Shown piece after piece: positions 54,901-64,000 of a stretch of DNA of 64,000 nt. The stretch spans positions 1 through 64,000 of the forward strand of contig NIVC01003597.1 of NCBI GenBank assembly GCA_002269645.1. The letters are read 5' to 3'. Both the position numbers and the translations under genes were made by a program. The first letter of the stretch is position 1. Each line of letters begins with the position of its first letter. The notes below the pieces were generated by a model. That model had not been told where the DNA came from. It saw only the letters and a list, made by a program, of their open reading frames with translations, and ran no database searches. This DNA is from Macrostomum lignano. Taxonomy: Eukaryota.

Positions 54901-57900
54901 TGGTTGTAATCCCAGGAGCAAACAAAAAAACTGGCATTCCCAACTTAATATAGTAGCCAGGCTAAGGCCTAGGCAATAATATTTTTATGTTCTTTAAGTT
55001 TAAATTCAAGGGCTAGTGTAGTAGGAAGAGCTTTGCAACAACAGATTTTTATCTAATTAATTTTAGTTACGTTTTTGTATTCTAGGCCTTCGACTTATGC
55101 CAACTTTAAAGCTAAGCAAACATGCAATAAACCAAATAAAAAGCTAAACAAAAAGTCAAATAGAAAGTTAGGTAAACAGTAGGCCTAAATAGCAACGATT
55201 TTTTTTGCAGCTAGAAATCCGTGTCGATGTGCCTGACGGTAGAAATTAAATCAAGTTGGTTAGTAAAAACTGTAGCAGCTACATTTAACAAATCTTTACG
55301 TATACATTAAAGAAACAGATTCTTCTGAATTAGAATTACATAAATGAATAACTCCGTACAATTTTAATTTAAGGAGCTCCCGAATCTAAACGAGTTGCAA
55401 TAATTCAATTGCCAGAAATTCACACATTTGAAATCTTTTTCTATATCAATGTTCCTGCAACAATTCAGCAACATTTTTATGTCAACGTTGATGCCAAGCG
55501 CGCGCTGTCAACAACGTCAATGTTGCAGCAACTAAAGATGGCACTAGGGGTATATTATTTCTCATTGACTACTCAAGCAACGGAATGGAAGACTTGGCAA
55601 ATTATGTTGAAAAAACTGAAATTTATTTAAATATCTGTTCGTGGAGTTTCATGTTCGTGAAGGCAAAAAAAATATACTTTGAGAAAATAAATCTTTGAGA
55701 AATGCAGAGAATCGCAGCAAATGCCATGCTGCTACGCACGATGAAGAAATTAATTAAAAATGTACATGCATGACAATGAAAGATGCAAAAGCTGGCAAAC
55801 AAATGTAGAATATAAACCGACGCAAAACATAAAAATGATCGTAACATGTACAGAGTTAAAAATATGCTAAAAATCGCAAAATTTAAATAGTGAACCACTC
55901 ATGCAACTAATCAAGACACCGATGGATAAAATTTACTCGTGCGCTCGTGTCCCACATTTTTAGTAGTAGTAGTAAGTTGGCTCAGGCAAGAAGCCTGTTT
56001 GGCCAATATATTTCTGTGTATTTAAGATTACTTCAGGAATAGGAGACAATATTTTAGCACTAGTTATTTAATTACGATTAGTACGAGTTTTGCAATATGG
56101 TATTTGAAAGAACGCGGAAATGTTATTAACGATACTTGGACGACTAACGAAGCGAAAGAAAAAGCAAGGAATTAAAAAAAGTATTGCGTGAAATTTATGT
56201 ATGTAGTTGGCGGTATTGCACAAAACAGCTTAGTCCTTACGTCCACATAAGTAGTAGTAAGAAGTTGGCTCAGGCGATTAGCCTGTTTGGCCAATATATT
56301 TAATAGAGCTGTGTATTTGGAAAAATTTTCGAAATAGAGGTTTATAAAGACGATTTGACGACGATTGCATGACGAACGTTATTGTAAAAGATAAAAGTAT
56401 TTGAAAGCGCGCCAGAATTTTTACGGTATTTTTGGACGAAAAGTGACGACTAACAACTAACAACGAGTATAAATATTAATACAAAAATGAGTACGAATTA
56501 CAAGGTATTAGCTTTAATTGCGAGATTACTTTGATTACGATAAGTTGCGAGTAAAGTTCGAACGAAAAATCCAAAAGAGAAAAAAAATAACTATTTTATG
56601 CCAGTATATCAAAGCATATATAACCGTAATTACAATAGCAGTATTTTTGAAAGCACTTATTTTTGAATAAATAACTGAAAAGCGGATTTATTACACTGCT
56701 AATGTATCTGATTCAGTTTGTTTAACTGTTTTAGCTATTCATGACTTCATATATTTTAGCTACACCAGTGAGTTCTTTTCTGACTCTTTTTTCATTTGTA
56801 GCATATCCTATCTTGTGTATTTGATTGCCATAATTAAGAGGTATTGACAAAAGTATTTTTTCCTGATCTCTTCAGTTTGTGGACATTCGGTCAAGTAGTG
56901 TAGAATGTCAGAACCATTTCGCGCTCCACACATTTTACATGGTTCTTGAGAAAAAAAGTTGGGTGTAATCTCGCATTTCAGTTTTAGGAAGGTTCAGTTT
57001 TAGGAATTTCACATGAATAATTACGAAATTTTTCAAATTTGAGCGTAAAATCTCTACACACTTAAACAAATCCGACTGCGCAATAGCAATTTGAGATTCA
57101 TAAGCGGGTTTCAGTGCTAAAATAATCCTACAGAGTTGCTAATACCGATAAAAAATTATTCAACAGTGAAAAACGAAGTAGTAACAATCCGAAAGCGAAA
57201 GAAGGCGCTATTTTAGTATCCTACTAATTTTACTTTTTGTCTTTTTTAGTACCTTCTTAGTTTGCCTTTTTCAAGTAAAGTAAGTAAAATAAATGTGGAG
57301 CTACGTTGTTTTCGGAAAACTAAGTTAGTTAGAAGTCTAGATACTTATTGCAGATACAGCTTGAATTATATATAAACCCATATTCATAGCCCATGGCCAT
57401 AGCCATGCAGTCATGTCAATTGTCATATATAGTTATATAGTTTATCTAGGCTAGGCACAAGATATAAAATATTTTTTGTGCTCAGTTAGCCGATTTTTTA
57501 TACATTATTTACTAAAGTTAGGAAATCTGGCAGTTCCAAAAGTGCAATTAGTTAAGCAATTGATGGCTTTAATTCATCTATTTACTTGTATTGATTAATT
57601 TGTTTGCTAATTAAATTTTAATTAAGCTCATTGAGTCATGGTTTAAATTTAAGTTTTTCCTTTTAAAATCCACATTTTTTCCATGCAATGGATAAATTCA
57701 TATTGGGCAGGTTTTTCATTATCAGTATTAATTATGATTGAAAAAAAAACTTTTTTCTATCAACTCAAATTTTGTTTTTAATGTTTGAAAATATGCAAAT
57801 AAAAAAAGTTAATTTTAATAAAAAAATTTTCTAGGTCTAAATGATATTTTTAAATCAAGAATTAAATCAATTAAATCAAGAATTAAATCAATTATTTTTT

Positions 57901-58034
57901 GTTAAAGTTTCAATTTTGTGCTTTTTTCTTATCCTAGTTTTTATATTTTTATTAAACAACAATAATTGTTAAAATATTTACTTTTAATATATTCATTTTT
58001 ATCATGCTAATCCAATTGATATGTTGGCTTAAAT

Positions 58035-58233
58035 CAGTGGTTCTCAACCTGTGAGTTGCAACCTCCAATGGGGTTACGTGACCATTTTCTAGGGGTTGCA
58101 GCACTAAAAAATGTATGAGTACACCATACTTAATGATGCATTATATCATTTATAAAAGGGGTTGCAAACATAATAAATAATGCAAATGAATAACTCAGCT
58201 CAGGGTCGCCTAAAAAAAGGTTCAGAACCGCTA
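58035..58233. mobile_element. 199-bp hAT (Charlie/Buster-type) MITE upstream of the PARG coding exon
   Basis: CAGTGGTTCTCAACCT ... AGGTTCAGAACCGCTA inverted termini; 8-bp flanks GCTTAAAT / GCTTTAAT (7/8). Confidence 0.82.
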
Positions 58234-58550
58234 GCTTTAATAAAAAAATATTTATAACTTAATGGTTAGGTATAGATTCTGGATGACTACACTATTGAAA
58301 AAAGGAAAGATGAAAGAAAAGAAAAGGGAAAAAGAAAGAAAGAAGAGACAAGAGTGAGGGGAAATAAAAAAGAAAGATTTGGAAAGGCTCTGTAGGCCAA
58401 AAATTTTGCTAATTCTTGTGTTAAGCCAAAAATAAGTACCTGACAAGGCATTGTTTAAATAAAAGCTAGGCTAGGTCTATCTGTATCAATTTTTTTCTTC
58501 AAACCTATTTCAGTGCATCCTATGGATCTGCTGAGTAACCAAAGTTTGTA

Positions 58551-61500
58551 ATGGACAATGCAAATTCCTTCCTAACAACTGGAGCTGTCACTGAGGGTGC
58601 ACTGATAGATTCGCAAGATTCATTTGTGAAGTGTCCACTAAATACAAAATTTTCAAGTTCAGACATGGAAAAAAGCACTCTAGAGGCAGACCAAAGAGTT
58701 GATGACTTAAAAAATCGTCAAGATAGCGAATGTTCTCAAAACTTGCCTGTTGAAATTCACCATGGCTCTCAAAGTGCTCAGGCTATTGGAGTTCATCAGA
58801 GTAACACATACTCAGAGTCAAGTGAAATGCATAACCAGGATCGTGCTAGTGCAGAAGATCAACCAGCGATTGATACTAATTTGAAGGGTCAGGAATCAAC
58901 TGCAAATGCACCAACTGAAAAATTGCAAGAATCCAATGAAGCATTCACTCAGCAAACTGCATTTAGCAATTCTATTGAAAATTCATCGTCTAATGGTGAT
59001 TGTGAAGTAGATCAAGCTTCTGCTCCACTTGAGGATGATCAGCGTGATGCAGCACAGCAGTTGCAAGTAAATAAGTGTACTGATGCTCAGCCTGCCTCAA
59101 GTGCAAGTACTCAAGTTGCAGATGAAGGAGTATCACCACATCCGGTAACAGATGGTTTGTGCACTGTTGAACAATTAGCATCTGCAATCGGCGATGCCAC
59201 CGGAGAGCAGGCTGGAGTATTGGCTTCGAATAATGAAACTAAGCTGATGACGGATGACGAAGATGATGATAACGATCTTGGCTCAAATAAGAACAAATCG
59301 TTCATGTCTTTTCATGACGAAAAAGTTGGTGAACCTGAAACTGCTAAGCCAGGCCCAGATTCAGCTGAGTGTGCAGAGTCCAGCAGCAATGAAAAAGTTG
59401 GTGAACCTGAAACTGCTAAGCCAGGCCCAGATTCAGCTAAGTGTGCAGAGTCCAGCAGCAATGAAAAAGTTGGTGAACCTGAAACTGCTAAGCCAGGCCC
59501 AGATTCAGCTGAGTGTACAGAGTCCAGCAGCAATGAAAAAGTTGGTGAACCTGAAACTGCTAAGCCAGGCCCAGATTCAGCTGAGTGTGCAGGGTCCAGC
59601 AGCAATGAAAAAGTTGGTGAACCTGAAACTGCTAAGCCAGGCCCAGATTCAGCTGAGTGTACAGAGTCCAGCAGCAATGAAAAAGTTGGTGAACTTGAAA
59701 CTGCTATGCCAGGCCTGGGTTCAGCTGAATGTGCAGAGTCCAGCAGCAACAAAAAAGCTGAAGCTCCTCAGTCAAAAATGGCCCCCGGTGACAAGGAAAA
59801 ACAGGCCGACGAAAATGCCAACGAGGATTTGGATCTAGGAGTCGGAGCTGACTTGGAATTGTTGAAAAAGGTGTCAACTGTCCCAGGGCACATGTTGAAA
59901 CGAGCGTCTCATAATCACACCGTTATGTTTGACATCAGCAAGCTTAGCAATGTCGATTTTACCGAGCGCCCCCTTCCGCCCTACAACAAATCTTGGCAAC
60001 GACGCATGGATGCAGATGACTATGTTCGCCTAGCCTACCATACTAACAGATGGAGTGAAATTAAGAAAAACCTATTGTCATTATGCAGTGCTAATGTTAC
60101 TTACTATCACTTGGAAGAAGTAATTATGCTCTGTGGCAGTTTAGATCGCGACATTAATCAATTTGACGTGCTTCGGCATTTTTTTACCCAAGAAATGGAG
60201 CCAGCAGAAGCTGATCACTTGCTCAAAAATCTGTTGCCTAGAATTGTAAATCTTGCAGTCTCCCTGCCAGATCTAATCAAAGCGCCCATTCCTCTGCTGA
60301 AACACAGGAAAGTAATGAAGCTGAGTCTGTCCCAGCAGCAGATTGCTAGTCTTCTTGCGAATGCATTCTTCTGCACCTTTCCACAGCAAGGCGGACCTTA
60401 TAGCAGGTTTCCAAGCATCAACTTTCACAGGTAAAAACTGCGAATTCTGAAGTATTGATTGATTTCTACCTATACCCTGATCAATTAGCTCTTAGTTTGA
60501 GCTTTATTATACGTTTCTCGTAGTATGTTTTTTTTGAAAACTTGTTTCTTTTCAGTCTGTATTCGTCAGGAGGGCATCAGAGCCCGTGCGGCAGACGGTT
60601 GGAGAAGTTGCGCTGTATCTTTAACTACTTTAACAGAATCACTAAAAAAGGTAAAATGTTAAAGCAAATCAATTAGTAAATGAACCTGAAAATTGAAAGT
60701 AACACCTATTTAATGCATTGCAGAGCCAAATGGTGTGGTAACCATTAGTCGCAGGTGTCTGAAACAAAACTTAGACTGGTGCTCTCGCGTTGAGCCTATT
60801 CCAAAACTACTTCACGTTAGCAGCATCGGCACCATTGAAGACACAGACGGTGAATTTCTGGAGGCAGATTTCGCAAACAAGTACATCGGAGGCGGAGTTC
60901 TCGGTCACGGCTTCGTGCAGGAAGAGATTCGCTTCTCCATTTGTCCGGAACTCATCGTGACCCGCTTGGTTGCCGAATGCATGGACGATCGGGAGGCTCT
61001 GCACGTGAAAGGATTCGAGAGGTTCAGCAATTACACCGGGTACGCCAATAGTTGCCAGTGGGACGGCGACCACCAAGACGCCAGGTCGATCGGACTGGAC
61101 AGGCGCCGCCGGTCTCACTTGGTTGCTATGGACGCGTTGAAATTCAGCAACTGGCGAGAGCAGTTCTGCCGCAACAACATCAACAGGGAGTTGCACAAGG
61201 CTCTGGTGGCATTCGGTGACGTCCCAAGAAATCAGCGTTCTGCCATTGCCACTGGCAACTGGGGCTGTGGCGCCTTCAAAGGCGATGTGAGGCTGAAGTT
61301 TCTCATCCAGTTGATGGCCTGCGCCGTTGCTGGCCGAAGCATGGCTTACTTCACTTTCGGTGACAAAACTCTTCAGCAGCGCCTGCTAAAAATGCACCGC
61401 TTTCTCACTGATAAAGAAGTTTGCGTTGGTGGCGTGTACAGCGCCGTGATTGCTTTCACTGAGCATTTGGACTCCAGTTGTCACGGTGGTTGGCAATATA

Positions 61501-62206
61501 ATTCAGATTCTGCACCGGACTTGTTCGAATTTTTGCGTAATTATGTGCTTCACGGGCCCACTGTTCCACCTCCGACTGAGCCTTCGATAAGCAAAAAAGA
61601 TATTCGTATAGCTTCGAAAAGAGCAAATGCCAACAAAAAGATGCAAGAGCGTCAGCAGAATTCGTCGGATGTCCAAGAGTCGAAGCCAAACAATGAACCG
61701 AGCGACCAGTCGGGGCAAGCACAGGTAGCAAACGCCGAATCAGAGAAGCAGGCAACAGCAGCAGATCTAAGCGATGCAAATTCTGGTGCCCAGGCGCAAG
61801 AGACGCGCTCATCGGACGGTGAATGGAAGCAGCAGAAAAGGAAGAATAAGCCCAACAAAAGCGGTCTCAAGTCGAGTCAAAAGTCGAAGTCTGCGACCGA
61901 GGAGCAGCTGAGCAGCAAGATGAGCAATATGAGTCTTTCGTCGACGACGCCACAGACCAACCGTAGGTTTGCATTTGCTGTCCGAATCCGATTTTTGCTG
62001 TCTGAACCCGATTTCATTGTCGATTAAAACTTTTAATTTTTACAGGTGGAGAAAACAGACGTAAACGGTGCAGTGAGTCGAGCAGATCGGCCGGAGCCGG
62101 GCTGGGCGCCACCCCGCGGGGCTGCGCAGAGCAGCTTCCGGAGCCCAGTAAGAAAAAATTAAGGAAGGACAAGCGGAGAAAGCAAAATACCAAATCAAAT
62201 AAGTGA
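58551..62206 (+). CDS. PARG: Poly(ADP-ribose) glycohydrolase, about 1124 aa, 4 coding exons
   Basis: Exons 58551-60430, 60556-60650, 60724-61962, 62046-62206 (3375 nt). QIASLLANAFFCTFP, EKLRCIFNYF, GTIED, DFANK, GGGVLGHGFVQEEIRF (PARG catalytic loop), NYTGY, TGNWGCGAFKGD. An in-frame TAA at 58536 fixes the start ATG. Confidence 0.95.
59319..59750 (+). repeat. Coding 72-nt tandem repeat, 6 copies of a 24-aa unit (EKVGEPETAKPGPDSAECAESSSN), in the PARG N-terminal region
   Basis: GAAAAAGTTGGTGAAC recurs at 59319, 59391, 59463, 59535, 59607 and 59679. Confidence 0.98.
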
Positions 62207-62562
62207 TTATGAGTGTTCTGCGCATCTAGAATTACTGTTTTTAACGTTTTATTTAAAGTATTAATAGCTACCTTCCTAAATCTGGTTTTAAACCTAAATT
62301 TAACAAATTTTGAATCGCAAAAAAACTTCGAAAACTACAGGAGGGGGTTTCACAACCTCGAAAGCACATTCCTTCACAAGGTCGAAACTTCACAACGTCG
62401 AAACTTCACAATGTCGAAGACTACTGTGTGGTTCTTGTTATAGCTCTATTGAGTCGACGTAGTGAAATTTCGAGCTTGTGCAAGCACCCCCCAGAAGCTG
62501 CTGCCTTTTTATTACTTAGGTTAGGCAATGCAGCCTATAAAACGAGGTTGTTGACGATGACA

Positions 62563-62843
62563 TTCATTGTCGATTAAAACTTTTAATTTTTACAGGTGGA
62601 GAAAACAGACGTAAACGGTGCAGTGAGTCGAGCAGATCGGCCGGAGCCGGGCTGGGCGCCACCCCGCGGGGCTGCGCAGAGCAGCTTCCGGAGCCCAGTA
62701 AAAAAAAATTAAGGAAGGACAAGCGGAAAAAGCAAAACAAGAACAAAAAGTGATTATTAGTGTTCTGCGCATCTAGAATTGTGGTTTCAACGTTTTATTT
62801 AAAGTATTAGTAGCTACCTTCCTAAATCTGGCTTTAAACCTAA
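62563..62843 (+). repeat. Tandem duplicate (offset 550 nt) of the PARG last intron end, last exon and early 3-prime UTR
   Basis: 62013-62298 matches 62563-62843; the second exon copy 62596-62753 keeps the acceptor TTTACAG and the reading frame. Confidence 0.93.
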
Positions 62844-63958
62844 TGGCCTTCTAAATATAAGAGAGTCTGAATCGGAAAGCCTGAAAATATACGCGGTGAA
62901 TCTATAGGTGTTCTTTGTTTAAATTAAAAAAAAGTAGCTCAGAGGCCTGCTGCCCATAGATCTTATATTCCATAGATAGGCCACTTTGTATTGCGGCAAT
63001 AAGGAAAGTGCGACCGCTGGTTTTCGTCACTTTTGCAAGAAAAGCCGATATGGGTTGCTACTAAAGCTACTGAAATTTTTTGTTTAGTAGCTAGGAGACA
63101 TAGACGCTATTTTTTAGACTTCGATAGAACTTCTCATTAAGTAAGGGTATAGATATGTTCAAGCAGTAGTAGCACTGCAGAGATTACTGATGAAATTGAG
63201 TTCAGTAAATGATTTTCGTAGAACATCCAGAGGATAGCCCAGGGAGTTCTTGTAGCTTGCAAACTTCTCTCCATGCTGTAGCATTTGATGCTACAGATTT
63301 GATGCTCTGGCGTTCGCCAGACAATCGTCACGCACTGGGACCGCTGATTATTTATCCATTGTTTCATGAATGTATTTTGAAATCTATAAAACAAGGTTGT
63401 TGAAGATGACATAGAAAGTTTGACTTTTACCTTTATTTTGCCACAGTTAATCGGTTTTTAAAGCTATTTATCGTTTCAACAATAGGTTATCCAAATAATC
63501 TGGTAGACTTTCAGTCTAAAGATGTCTAAACTTTTCTGACACGGTCATAAAATAAGTCAGACGATAAAAATTGTATTTGTCTGTTCGAACTCCTTGTTCA
63601 AAGAGGTTCTGTATAATTTGGTCTTAATAATAATTATAATAATGTCACGCCCAGCGCTGACCACACAAGTGGCCAAAGGGGAGGGGGGGCGTCAAATATA
63701 TATAAAAAACAGACAAACATCGCGCCAGTTTTAATATTAGTAGATAAATAGGTTTAAAATAAATTTGTTACACGCTCCTATTGATTTTCAAAAGGTAGCG
63801 TGTCATTGATAAAGAAAAATAGTTGCTTGCGTTTTTACGTTATTTTTATTAGGTTTTTGACGTAGGGATATAGAAGTGTTAAAAGAAACAATTATACTAT
63901 TTTAGACTTTTGGATGTCTCTAGGATCAATAAGAACAAAATTGTGTCGATCTTTAAAC

Positions 63959-64000
63959 CAAGGACGACTCAAGTACGAGTAGAAGGACAATTTCTTGGAA
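63959..64000 (+). mobile_element. Left end of another copy of the 38404 MITE family, truncated by the window edge
   Basis: CAAGGACGACTCAAGT followed by AGTAGAAGGAC, matching the TIR and subterminal sequence at 38404-38427. Confidence 0.65.

Larger units (their letters stand above)
38961..55550 (-). mobile_element. EnSpm/CACTA-like (CMC) DNA transposon, 16.6 kb including the nested hAT element (about 9.3 kb without it)
   Basis: Perfect 13-bp TIRs CCCCTAGTGCCAT (38961-38973; inverted at 55538-55550); 3-bp TSD TAT on both sides; subterminal GTTGC/CAACGTTG/CAACAT motifs at both ends; encodes a DDE transposase and a second spliced ORF. Confidence 0.88.

Noticed and set aside
63640-63750. End resembling Helentron/DINE-type elements (ACAGACAAAC...TAATATTAGTAGAT)
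   Set aside because: Resemblance is from memory only; no subterminal inverted repeats could be confirmed.

Overview
Eukaryotic (invertebrate metazoan) genomic DNA: GC-richer spliced exons sit in AT-rich DNA and many introns hold their own tandem-repeat array. That pattern suggests a free-living flatworm such as Macrostomum, but this is inference only. Host genes, left to right: an 8-exon atypical soluble guanylate cyclase (-), a Tctex-1 family dynein light chain (+), an intronless SLC26/STAS anion transporter (-), a 5-exon tubby-family gene (+), a 3-exon innexin (-), a PNT+ETS (SPDEF-like) transcription factor with a 1-nt frameshift (+), an 87-aa secreted six-cysteine orphan peptide (+), and a PARG with a tandemly duplicated last exon (+). 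The centre-right is a 16.6-kb EnSpm/CACTA-type DNA transposon (38961-55550; 13-bp TIRs, 3-bp TSD TAT; transposase plus a second spliced ORF). Nested in one of its transposase introns is a complete 7.3-kb hAT-type element (47260-54549; 16-bp TIRs, 7-bp TSD TTATAGG). The nested element's about 1158-aa spliced transposase ends in an RG-repeat box and a Spindlin/Tudor-like domain, the most striking finding here. Two short hAT-type MITEs, the start of a third copy, and over a dozen micro/minisatellite arrays are also present. No rRNA, tRNA or CRISPR was recognised. All gene models were built by eye from the ORF track and GT-AG sites; family assignments come from remembered motifs, not database searches.
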